Positions 1 to 7,648 of a stretch of DNA of 49,715 nucleotides are shown here, piece after piece. The DNA is taken from the NCBI GenBank assembly GCA_028715395.1, contig JAQURY010000003.1, positions 1-49,715 on the forward strand, read 5' to 3'. A model generated the notes under the pieces. That model was not told the DNA's origin, ran no database searches, and saw only the letters and a program-made list of their open reading frames with translations. The stretch is from Minisyncoccota bacterium. Its GTDB lineage: Bacteria; Patescibacteriota; Minisyncoccia; UBA6257; 02-FULL-45-10c. Both the position numbers and the translations under genes were made by a program. How positions within the stretch are numbered: position 1 is the stretch's first letter; every line of letters starts with the position of its first letter.

Positions 1-546
1 GCGATGATTACGGAAATCGGAACAGGTTTTGTTAAAGCCGAAATTCTTAAAAAAATGAAAAACAAAAGCGAATCAAAAAAGGAAACAATTTTATACTGCG
101 CCATTTTAAAGAAAGAAAACTTTGAAGGGGCGGCGCAAAAAGCCACCGAAGCGGGTATTAAAAAAATAATCCCGATAATTACGGACAAAACCGTTAAATT
201 GAACCTGAATATGGAACGAATCGGAAAAATTGTTAAAGAAGCCGCCGAGCAGAGCGGGCGGGGAATTGTTCCCGAAATCAGCGAGCCGGTTGATTTTGAC
301 GCGGCTTTGGAAAGCGCCAAGCAAAACGATTTGAATCTGTTTTTTACGGGCAATGCCCCGATGATTGAACTGAAAAAAATAAAAGTCGGGCAAGTCGGAA
401 TTTTTATCGGCCCCGAAGGCGGCTGGAGCGAAAGAGAGGAAAAAGCGGCCAAGAAAAATAAATTTCAATCCGCCGGTCTTGGAAAACTCACTTTGCGGTC
501 GGAAACTGCCGCCACAGTCGCTTCTTTTATCTGCTCGCAGATGTAA
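1..546 (+). CDS. rsmE: 16S rRNA (uracil1498-N3)-methyltransferase RsmE, C-terminal part (5' end lies outside the window)
   Basis: Frame 1 is open from base 1. SPOUT C-terminal motifs GIFIGPEGGWSEREE and LGKLTLRSETAA are typical of RsmE. Confidence 0.8.
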   Translation, partial: AMITEIGTGFVKAEILKKMKNKSESKKETILYCAILKKENFEGAAQKATEAGIKKIIPIITDKTVKLNLNMERIGKIVKEAAEQSGRGIVPEISEPVDFDAALESAKQNDLNLFFTGNAPMIELKKIKVGQVGIFIGPEGGWSEREEKAAKKNKFQSAGLGKLTLRSETAATVASFICSQM

Positions 547-641
547 TCTTGCGGATTTGACGAAAAATCAGTTTAATCATACGCTACCTTTAGCGGGAAT
601 TAAGATTTCCCTTTGAAATACATAAATAATAGGAGGAAGGA

Positions 642-887
642 ATGAAGGTGAGAAGAAAGTACCTGGGATTAACAATCTTTATGGCGCTGGTCATGGTGGC
701 GATAGTGGTGGTATTTATCGCGACTATTTTCCACAAGTATCCGTTCCAGTTTTTGGCATTAATGATCTGTGTGTTGTTGACGATATATGTCTTTTTTATC
801 CGCAGGGGCCATCTCAGTTCGGGATGCCCCAGCAAAAAGGAAGCTCTGGAATTTCTTAAGGGCGTAAGGCGAGGCAACGAAGCCTAA
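642..887 (+). CDS. small hypothetical membrane protein
   Basis: 81-aa ORF with two hydrophobic helices. AGGAGG lies 5 nt upstream of the ATG. Confidence 0.5.
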   Translation: MKVRRKYLGLTIFMALVMVAIVVVFIATIFHKYPFQFLALMICVLLTIYVFFIRRGHLSSGCPSKKEALEFLKGVRRGNEA

Positions 888-907
888 AAAATAGAAAAGG
901 AGTTTGA

Positions 908-1195
908 ATGTTTTGGAACAGAAGGAACGGCAAGAACGGAAAGAAAAAGAAAAGATCCCTTCTGCGGCTATGCTTAGAGTGGCTTGTTGTATTAGTTATT
1001 TTGTATAAGCTGGGAGGGGTAGTAATCGCCTGGATCTGGACCCACAAAGCTGCATTTGCCATAGGCGTTTTGGGCGCGGAAATTGCCGCATATCTTGCCA
1101 TGAAAAACTGGATTGGCAGATTGTATTTCAAGTACAAATTCAGGATTTTCAGAAAACTCAAAAAAACAGGAAACAAAATAAGGAGGAAATTTTAA
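908..1195 (+). CDS. small hypothetical membrane protein with basic termini
   Basis: 95-aa ORF with a AAGGAG RBS and a Lys/Arg-rich N- and C-terminus around two helices. A terminator follows at 1195-1233. Confidence 0.5.
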   Translation: MFWNRRNGKNGKKKKRSLLRLCLEWLVVLVILYKLGGVVIAWIWTHKAAFAIGVLGAEIAAYLAMKNWIGRLYFKYKFRIFRKLKKTGNKIRRKF

Positions 1196-1233
1196 AAGAC
1201 CCCCAGTTGCATATTTGCAGAGGGTCTTTTTTA
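1195..1233 (+). terminator. intrinsic terminator
   Basis: aaagaccc...gggtctttttt hairpin plus T-run. Confidence 0.65.
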
Positions 1234-1269
1234 TTTCATTAAATTTATATAATCTGCTAAGATATATCT

Positions 1270-2025
1270 ATGTCAAAATATTACGTAGCAAAAAAGACGC
1301 GCGGACTGTTTGATCCGAAATCCACCGAGCCGTTTAAAATCAGCCGTTCCAAAATTGATTTATTTTTGAATTGTCCAAAATGTTTTTATATGGACAGGCG
1401 ATTGGGAGTGGGGCAGCCGCCGGGATATCCGTTTAGTTTGAATTCTGCCGTTGACGCGCTTTTGAAAAAAGAATTTGATATTCACCGCGCCGAAAAAACA
1501 GCGCATCCGTTTATGAAAACTTATGGAATTGACGCTGTTCCTTTTCAGCATGAAAAAATGGACGAGTGGCGGGACGCGCTTGGCGGCGGAATAAGATTTT
1601 TGCACGAACCGACCAATTTATTAATAACCGGAGGCGTGGATGATATTTGGGTTAATCCGAAAGGCGAATTAATGATTGTTGATTACAAAGCTACTTCTAA
1701 AAAAGACGAGGTTAGCTTGGACGCGGATTGGCAAATTGGCTATAAACGGCAAGTTGAAGTTTATCAGTGGCTTTTCAAGCAGAATGGTTTTAAAGTTTCC
1801 GACACGGCTTATTTTGTTTATTGCAACGGAAACGCAGACAAAGAAGCTTTTGACGCGAAATTAGAGTTCAATGTGAAAATTTTGCCTTATAAAGGAGACG
1901 ATTTTTGGGTGGAAGGAGCAATAAAAGACATTCATAAATGTTTAATGAGCGATGAGATCCCGAATTCTGGAGACGATTGCGATTATTGCAAATACCGCGA
2001 AGCCGTAAAATCCATTGAAAAATAA
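1270..2025 (+). CDS. PD-(D/E)XK family nuclease, Cas4/RecB-like, with probable Fe-S cysteines
   Basis: The GGVDDIW...IVDYK core (D...D/ExK) and QVEVYQWL (QxxxY) are present. Cys35/Cys38 plus Cys224/Cys237/Cys240 resemble Cas4/AddB-type clusters. Confidence 0.65.
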   Translation: MSKYYVAKKTRGLFDPKSTEPFKISRSKIDLFLNCPKCFYMDRRLGVGQPPGYPFSLNSAVDALLKKEFDIHRAEKTAHPFMKTYGIDAVPFQHEKMDEWRDALGGGIRFLHEPTNLLITGGVDDIWVNPKGELMIVDYKATSKKDEVSLDADWQIGYKRQVEVYQWLFKQNGFKVSDTAYFVYCNGNADKEAFDAKLEFNVKILPYKGDDFWVEGAIKDIHKCLMSDEIPNSGDDCDYCKYREAVKSIEK

Positions 2026-2043
2026 AAAATTTTGAAAATTTTT

Positions 2044-2079
2044 AAAAAATTCCGCTGTCGCGCGGATTTTTTATTTTTT
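2044..2079 (+). terminator. intrinsic terminator
   Basis: tccgc-tgtcgc-gcgga hairpin followed by ttttttatttttt. Confidence 0.65.
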
Positions 2080-2186
2080 CAAAGTTATACACAGAAGAAG
2101 CATAGACAGATGTTGAAAATTGATTGAAACTTAAAGTAAGAAATCATTTTTTCTGATTAAAGGTCGGAAAAAAATACAAAACAAAA

Positions 2187-2249
2187 ATGGCAAAAAAGAA
2201 AAAAGCGAAAAAGAAAGCGAAGAAATCAAAGAAATCCAGAAGAAGATAG
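2187..2249 (+). CDS. candidate 20-codon Lys/Arg-rich micro-ORF (MAKKKKAKKKAKKSKKSRRR)
   Basis: ATG at 2187 and TAG at 2247-2249. A strong hairpin+T-run terminator starts about 20 nt downstream. No clear RBS. Confidence 0.3.
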   Translation: MAKKKKAKKKAKKSKKSRRR

Positions 2250-2269
2250 ATTTGATTTACAGCTGAATT

Positions 2270-2302
2270 AAAAATCGTCCCGTTTTGCGGGGCGATTTTT
2301 TT
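2270..2302 (+). terminator. intrinsic terminator
   Basis: aaaaatcgtcccg-tttt-gcggggcgattttttt. Confidence 0.75.
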
Positions 2303-2336
2303 AAACCTCAAAACTTCAGAAATTTTTAGTACCGTA

Positions 2337-2382
2337 AACTTTGTATAGTATATGCTAATATTAGCATATACTATACAAAGTT
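2337..2382. repeat. 46-bp perfect palindrome, copy 1 of 3 (core GTATAGTATATGCTAATATTAGCATATACTATAC)
   Basis: AACTTTGTATAGTATATGCTAAT|ATTAGCATATACTATACAAAGTT reads identically on both strands. Confidence 0.95.
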
Positions 2383-2492
2383 AGTCGTGTTTATATGAGC
2401 TAAAATAAAAAGAATTTATTGTAATTTTACGGAGGTGTGGAATTTATTGTGTTATACTTAAAATAAGGTCGAAAGGTTAAATTTCGAAAATT

Positions 2493-2717
2493 ATGTACAA
2501 TATAATTTATACAGTAATTACGACGCCGTACATCTTATTTCCTCTTATAGCATGGTGTATTGCGTGGAAAGGCTGGGCTTTATGGAAAGCGGCCAAGGCG
2601 GACCAAAAGTGGTGGTTTATTGCGATTCTTGTATTTAACACCCTCGGCATTCTGGAAATTCTTTATATATTCGTTTTCAGCAAGATGAAGAAAATCCCTT
2701 TCCAGCAGACAAACTAA
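2493..2717 (+). CDS. small hypothetical membrane protein (Trp-rich, two helices)
   Basis: 74-aa ORF. A terminator follows at 2720-2745. Confidence 0.55.
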   Translation: MYNIIYTVITTPYILFPLIAWCIAWKGWALWKAAKADQKWWFIAILVFNTLGILEILYIFVFSKMKKIPFQQTN

Positions 2718-2719
2718 AT

Positions 2720-2745
2720 AAAAAATGCCCCTTCCGGGGCATTTT
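2720..2745 (+). terminator. intrinsic terminator
   Basis: aaaaaatgcccc-ttcc-ggggcatttt. Confidence 0.75.
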
Positions 2746-2778
2746 GATTTTGCGCTTGTTAGGTAGTAAAATAATTCA

Positions 2779-3120
2779 ATGACAAATTATGATGAATTTT
2801 CCAAAGTTGATTTAAGGATTGGAAAAATATTTGAAGCGGAAAAAGTTGAGGGCTCGGAAAAGCTTATAAAAATGAAAGTTGATTTTGGCGCGGCGGAAAT
2901 TGATGAGCCGAAAATACGCCAGATAATTGCCGGAATCGGAAAGGTCTACGCGCCTGAAAATTTAATTGGCCGGCAGGCGATTTTTGTCGTTAATCTGGAA
3001 CCTCGGCAATTGATGGGCTTGGAAAGCCAGGGAATGATTTTGGCGGCGACAAATGAAGAGGGTTTGCCGGTCATTTTAATGCCCGAAAAAGAAGTTGGAA
3101 TAGGAAGCAAAATAAAGTAA
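2779..3120 (+). CDS. tRNA-binding domain protein (CsaA/Trbp111-like OB fold)
   Basis: FSKVDLRIGKI...EKLIKMKVDFG...LIGRQAIFVVNLEPRQLMGLESQGMILAA matches the MetRS C-terminal/CsaA type tRNA-binding domain. Confidence 0.8.
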   Translation: MTNYDEFSKVDLRIGKIFEAEKVEGSEKLIKMKVDFGAAEIDEPKIRQIIAGIGKVYAPENLIGRQAIFVVNLEPRQLMGLESQGMILAATNEEGLPVILMPEKEVGIGSKIK

Positions 3121-3173
3121 TATTAAACTATGATTATAAAACATATTGATGAAGGGCAAGGTCCGGTATAAAT

Positions 3174-3599
3174 ATGAAAATAAAAATTAAAAAGCTTCAT
3201 CCGGAAGCGAAAGTTCCGAAATTCGCCAAAAAAAGCGATGCCGGAATGGATTTGTTTTCTTTAAACGAGCACATTATAAAGCCGGATCAGGTTACTTTAA
3301 TAAATACGGGAATTGCCATGGAGATACCCGAAGGCCATGTCGGTTTGATTTGGGATAAAAGCGGGCTTTCTACCAAAGCGGGAGTAAAAACATTGGCCGG
3401 AGTTATTGATGCGGGATATCGCGGAGATGTTACGGTTTGCTTGATTAATCTTTCAAAGCAAGATTGCCATATAGAAAAAGGAGTGAAAGTGGCGCAGATT
3501 TTAATCCAAAAAATAGAACAGCCGGAAATTGAGGAAGCTGAAGAATTATCGGAAACGGATAGAGGGGCGGGAGGATTCGGTTCAACAGGACATAAATAA
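3174..3599 (+). CDS. dut: dUTP diphosphatase
   Basis: Motifs GLIWDKSGLS, AGVIDAGYRGD and C-terminal RGAGGFGSTG. Confidence 0.9.
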   Translation: MKIKIKKLHPEAKVPKFAKKSDAGMDLFSLNEHIIKPDQVTLINTGIAMEIPEGHVGLIWDKSGLSTKAGVKTLAGVIDAGYRGDVTVCLINLSKQDCHIEKGVKVAQILIQKIEQPEIEEAEELSETDRGAGGFGSTGHK

Positions 3600-3601
3600 T
3601 C

Positions 3602-3627
3602 AAAACGGGCATAAAAAGCCCGTTTTT
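3602..3627 (+). terminator. intrinsic terminator
   Basis: aaaacgggc-ataaaaa-gcccgttttt. Confidence 0.7.
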
Positions 3628-3641
3628 GTTATATTAGAAAT

Positions 3642-4052
3642 ATGTTGATGGTAAAAACTAAACTTGGTCCGTCAGAAATCGAAGGCATCGGCTTATTTGC
3701 CGATCAAGACATAAAGAAAGGAGACGTGGTTTGGAAAGAAGACGATGGATTAAGTTATTTGGTTTTTACGGAAGAACAGTGGAGAAAAATGGAAAAAGAA
3801 TTTAGTCCTGAAACTTTCAGGCAGATAAAAAGATACTCTTTCAAATACAAGGCAACTGGAAATTATGAATTGCTTCTTGATGACACAAGGCATATGAATC
3901 ATAGCGATAATTCCAATACCATTGTTTTGGGAGAAAATGGCGAAGGAGATGATATTGCCGCCCGAGATATTAAAAAAGGAGAGGAAATAACCTGCAACTA
4001 TAAATCTTTCTACGCCCCTGATTATTTTGAAGAAATAATAAATTTTAAATAA
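3642..4052 (+). CDS. SET domain protein (putative protein lysine methyltransferase)
   Basis: GIGLFADQDIKKGDVV, NHSDNSN and ARDIKKGEEITCNY match SET-domain signatures. The stop codon abuts the tgt start. Confidence 0.7.
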   Translation: MLMVKTKLGPSEIEGIGLFADQDIKKGDVVWKEDDGLSYLVFTEEQWRKMEKEFSPETFRQIKRYSFKYKATGNYELLLDDTRHMNHSDNSNTIVLGENGEGDDIAARDIKKGEEITCNYKSFYAPDYFEEIINFK

Positions 4053-5192
4053 ATGCTCGAATTCAAAATTATCAAAAAATCAAAAAAGAGCAATGCTCGT
4101 GTCGGGATAATCAAAACCGAACATGGCCTGGTTGAAACTCCGACTTTGGTTCCCGTGGCGACGCAGGGAACCGTTAAGGCGCTGACAAATGAAGAGGTTA
4201 TCGGAACAAAGACGCAAATTTTAATCGCCAACACTTATCACCTGCATTTAAAGCCCGGAGAAAAAATTATTAAAAAAGCCGGCGGATTGCATAAGTTTAT
4301 GAAGTGGCAGTTGCCCTTAATGACCGATTCGGGCGGATTTCAAGTTTTCAGTCTGGGATTCGGAAAAGATTACGGAATGGGGAAAATTTTGAAAGAAAAA
4401 TCGGATGCGGAAGTGGTTACGGGCCAGCAGCCGAGCTTTTTGAAAATTACTCCCGACGGCGTGTGGTTCCGCTCAATTGTTGATGGCGCAAAACTTTTTA
4501 TGGGCCCGAAAGAATCGATAAAAATCCAGGAAGATTTGGGCGCTGATATAATTTTTGCTTTTGACGAATGTCCGCCGCCAATTGCGGATTACAATTATGT
4601 CAGAAGATCGATGGAAAAAACTCACCGCTGGGCAAAGGAATGTTTGAAAGTAAAAAGCAGCAAAAAACAGGCGCTTTACGGCATAGTCCAGGGCGGAAAG
4701 TTCAAAGATTTAAGAATTGAAAGCGCTAAATTTATCGGTTCGCTGCCGTTTGAAGGATTTGGAATCGGCGGGGAATTCGGCGATGACAAAAAAATAATGG
4801 GAAAAATGCTCAAATGGGTCAATGAAGAATTGCCGGAAAATAAACCTCGCCATCTTTTGGGCATCGGCCATCCCGAAGATCTTTTGCCGATAATCAAAGC
4901 CGGCGTTGATACTTTTGATTGCACCGCACCGACTCATTATGCCCGCCGCGGAGTCGCTTTTACCTCAAAAGGCAGATTGGATTTACGAAAGGGAATGTTT
5001 TTAAAAGACATGAAGCCGATTGATGAAAAATGCGATTGTGCCGTTTGTAAAAGCCACTCCAGGAGCTATATCCATCATTTATTTAAAGCCAAAGAAATTA
5101 CCCCTCTTCGCCTTTTAAGTTTTCATAATTTATATTTTTTCAATACTTGGATTGAGAAAATAAGAGAAGATATAAAAAATGGAAAAATTTAA
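4053..5192 (+). CDS. tgt: tRNA-guanine transglycosylase
   Basis: LMTDSGGFQV, FDECPPP, LLGIGHPEDL and the zinc site CDCAVC...H. Confidence 0.9.
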   Translation: MLEFKIIKKSKKSNARVGIIKTEHGLVETPTLVPVATQGTVKALTNEEVIGTKTQILIANTYHLHLKPGEKIIKKAGGLHKFMKWQLPLMTDSGGFQVFSLGFGKDYGMGKILKEKSDAEVVTGQQPSFLKITPDGVWFRSIVDGAKLFMGPKESIKIQEDLGADIIFAFDECPPPIADYNYVRRSMEKTHRWAKECLKVKSSKKQALYGIVQGGKFKDLRIESAKFIGSLPFEGFGIGGEFGDDKKIMGKMLKWVNEELPENKPRHLLGIGHPEDLLPIIKAGVDTFDCTAPTHYARRGVAFTSKGRLDLRKGMFLKDMKPIDEKCDCAVCKSHSRSYIHHLFKAKEITPLRLLSFHNLYFFNTWIEKIREDIKNGKI

Positions 5193-6213
5193 ACGTTTAC
5201 TGGAAGAATACGATTATAAAATTTCTCCGGAAATAATCGCCCAAAAACCGGCATCTCCGCGGGATAGCGCCAAGCTTTTGGTTTATAAAAAGAAAGAAGA
5301 TAAAGTTTTTTACGATACTTTTGTAAATCTCGCTAAATATTTACCCGCGGATGCGGTTTTGGTTTTTAATCAAACAAAAGTTTTGCCCGCGCGGCTTATG
5401 GTAAAAAAAGAAACTGGCGGGAAGGCGGAGATTTTATATGTGGAAATGGCTGAGGGGAATATGAAAGTATTGGCCGACAGATTTTTGCCGGTAGCTTCCA
5501 AAGTTTATTTGACGCCCAAACTTCATTTTTTGGTTATGTCGCATAGAGGAAAATATTATTTGCTTAAACCCTGTTTTCCCGTTAAAAATATTTTTGAAAT
5601 TCTGGAAAAATATGGCAGTACGCCCATTCCGCCTTATATAAAACATTCTCCGCTTTCGGAAAAACAGCTGAAAAAAGAATATCAGGCGATTTTTGCTAAA
5701 ATCCGCGGTTCAATTGCCGCGCCGACCGCCTCGCTTCATTTTACAGACCGGCTTTTGAAGAAAATTAAGAAATTCGGCGCTGCCGTTAAATTTGTTACGC
5801 TGCATGTTGGGCTGGGAACATTTTCTCCGCTTACCGAAGAGAACATTAAAACGGGAAAACTTCACAGCGAATATTATGAAATAGACAAAAAGACAGCGGA
5901 TTTTTTGAAAAAAGCCAAAAAACAGGGGAGGCCGATAATCGCGGTTGGGACTACTGTAGTTAGAACTTTGGAATCGGTTTTTTCGGCGGGTGGAATGAAA
6001 AAATTATCCGGTCCTACGGACTTATTTATAAAATCCGGATACAAATTTAATTTTGTAAATGGAGTAATCACTAATTTTCATGTGCCTAAATCCAGCCTAT
6101 TGATGCTGGCGTCGGCCTTTGTGGGCAAGAAGAAATTATTTGAGATTTATAAAAAGGCCATGGCCAAGAAATTCAGATTTTTCTCTTTTGGCGACGGGAT
6201 GTTGATTTATTAA
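5179..6213 (+). CDS. queA: S-adenosylmethionine:tRNA ribosyltransferase-isomerase
   Basis: PASPRDSAKLL, IPPYIK, APTASLHFT, AVGTTVVRTLES and FFSFGDGMLI. Overlaps tgt by 14 nt. Confidence 0.9.
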   Translation: MEKFKRLLEEYDYKISPEIIAQKPASPRDSAKLLVYKKKEDKVFYDTFVNLAKYLPADAVLVFNQTKVLPARLMVKKETGGKAEILYVEMAEGNMKVLADRFLPVASKVYLTPKLHFLVMSHRGKYYLLKPCFPVKNIFEILEKYGSTPIPPYIKHSPLSEKQLKKEYQAIFAKIRGSIAAPTASLHFTDRLLKKIKKFGAAVKFVTLHVGLGTFSPLTEENIKTGKLHSEYYEIDKKTADFLKKAKKQGRPIIAVGTTVVRTLESVFSAGGMKKLSGPTDLFIKSGYKFNFVNGVITNFHVPKSSLLMLASAFVGKKKLFEIYKKAMAKKFRFFSFGDGMLIY

Positions 6214-6311
6214 GAGAATTATCCGTTATCCACAGACATGCGGTTATTTTTGGCGAAGCGGGTGTATAATAAAGGTATAAAAGTCAATTCAATTAATTAA
6301 TAATTTTAAAA

Positions 6312-7427
6312 ATGGACAATCCAAACCAACAAAATTGGCCGAATCCCAATAATTTAAACAATCCGAATCCAAATGCGGGCAACGAAAGACCAATGCCTCC
6401 TCCTCCGCCTCCTCCGGAAATAACTTTGAGGACGATGCAGTCGGATATTGATACTACAAAAAAGAGCGGCGGCGAAGGGCCGACGGCTCAGCCGTTTTCT
6501 CCTTCTGTTATAAGCGCCCAGCAGATTGCTAAGTCGGAACCGCAAGACAGTAAAATAGAATTAAGCGCTTTTTCAAAAGAAGATACGGGGGGTCTTCCTC
6601 CTTCCTCTCCGATTATTTCCGAACAGCCGGTAAAATCCGGCGGAAGCAAGGCTGTTTTATGGATAGTTTTAGCCGTGATTTTGGCTATAGGCGTCGGCGT
6701 TGTTGGATATTTTTTTGTTTTCCCGAAATTTTTTCCCACAGTGGCAGTGAATTTACCGCTGGAAACCCCTCCGGTGACTCCGCCCGTAACTACTCCTCCG
6801 GTAATTCCACCAGAAATTCCTCCGGTAGCTACCACCACACCGCCCGAAGCGCCTCCGGTTTTAGCTCCTCATGTATCATTATTTAAAACGCCGGCTGATT
6901 CTCAAATGCCGGTTAATTTAACAGAGCTTACTGCCGCCGCAATTAAAACAGGATTGTCTTCGCAGAATGGAATGGAGGCCACGTCGACTATAAAGGAAAT
7001 TGCTATTTCCGATACCAATGGACAAGTTGATTTTATCCAATATATGCCGCTTCTGATTTCTAGTTTTTCCACAACTACTTTAAGCAGTTATTTTGAATCG
7101 GATTTCACCAACTTTGTTTTTTATGATAAAAACGGCGCGTGGTACGGATTGGTAGCCAAACTTAAAACCGATGCTAATTTGGAACAAGCCAAGACATTAA
7201 TGGCAAAAATTGAAAAAGCCACCGATTTGAAAAATTTGTTTATTTTAGATCCGGGGACCAAAAGCACAGCTGGATTCAAAGCCGGTACAGCCGGATTCCG
7301 CTATCTGTCATATTCTAAAACCGGCGCTTCGCTTAACTATGGCTGGACTACCGACAATCTTTTTGTTATCAGCACGTCTTATAACGGTCTGAAATCGGCG
7401 ATGACCAAGCTGGGACAACCCCTTTAA
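6312..7427 (+). CDS. hypothetical Pro-rich single-pass membrane protein
   Basis: 371 aa. It has an Asn/Pro-rich N-terminus, one TM helix (LWIVLAVILAIGVGVVGYFFVF), a PPVTPPVTTPPVIPPEIPPV linker and then a globular domain. Confidence 0.6.
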   Translation: MDNPNQQNWPNPNNLNNPNPNAGNERPMPPPPPPPEITLRTMQSDIDTTKKSGGEGPTAQPFSPSVISAQQIAKSEPQDSKIELSAFSKEDTGGLPPSSPIISEQPVKSGGSKAVLWIVLAVILAIGVGVVGYFFVFPKFFPTVAVNLPLETPPVTPPVTTPPVIPPEIPPVATTTPPEAPPVLAPHVSLFKTPADSQMPVNLTELTAAAIKTGLSSQNGMEATSTIKEIAISDTNGQVDFIQYMPLLISSFSTTTLSSYFESDFTNFVFYDKNGAWYGLVAKLKTDANLEQAKTLMAKIEKATDLKNLFILDPGTKSTAGFKAGTAGFRYLSYSKTGASLNYGWTTDNLFVISTSYNGLKSAMTKLGQPL

Positions 7428-7440
7428 AACTTTTATTTAA

Positions 7441-7474
7441 AAATCACTTCCATACTTATGGAAGTGATTTTTTA
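7441..7474 (+). terminator. intrinsic terminator
   Basis: aaatcacttccata-ctt-atggaagtgatttttt. Confidence 0.8.
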
Positions 7475-7507
7475 TTACAAACAAGGCCGTTTTGATATCG
7501 CAAACTT

Positions 7508-7543
7508 TGTATAGTATATGCTAATATTAGCATATACTATACA
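7508..7543. repeat. 36-bp perfect palindrome, copy 2 of 3
   Basis: TGTATAGTATATGCTAATATTAGCATATACTATACA. The core is identical to copies 1 and 3. Confidence 0.95.
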
Positions 7544-7648
7544 GAATTGATTGAGATATTTGTTTAAATGAATATTGAAGTTTTTGTTTTGGGGTATGAC
7601 TTGTCGGAGCGCATAATTTATAATAGTATTGACTGATAAATATAATTT

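Noticed and set aside
106-468. Antisense or alternate-frame ORFs inside well-supported genes. Examples: 106-468(-), 7769-8236(-), 21896-22393(+), 23444-23908(-), 24172-24513(-), 26391-26717(-), 32700-33038(+), 35150-35578(-), 41561-42061(-), 47253-47648(-), 48402-48725(-).
   Set aside because: Each lies wholly within a longer ORF on the other strand or frame that has clear family motifs. Their translations are low-complexity with no motifs. They are typical shadow ORFs.
6226-6234. Perfect DnaA-box 9-mers: TTATCCACA at 6226-6234, its complement TGTGGATAA at 49361-49369, and TTATACACA near 2083. These could be replication-origin signals.
   Set aside because: They are isolated single boxes tens of kb apart, with no cluster, no AT-rich unwinding element and no dnaA/dnaN nearby. 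One or two perfect 9-mers are about what chance allows in 50 kb of AT-rich DNA.
6770-6850. A short tandem-looking repeat (ccgcc/ccggt units) that could be mistaken for a repeat array.
   Set aside because: It is in frame within the 6312-7427 ORF and encodes a PPVTPPVTTPPVIPPEIPPV linker. There is no spacer/repeat periodicity of the CRISPR type. No CRISPR array was seen anywhere in the window.
7568-7636. A 22-codon ORF (MNIEVFVLGYDLSERIIYNSID) upstream of tig.
   Set aside because: It has no RBS, no terminator of its own and no distinctive composition. It is more likely promoter/leader sequence for tig.
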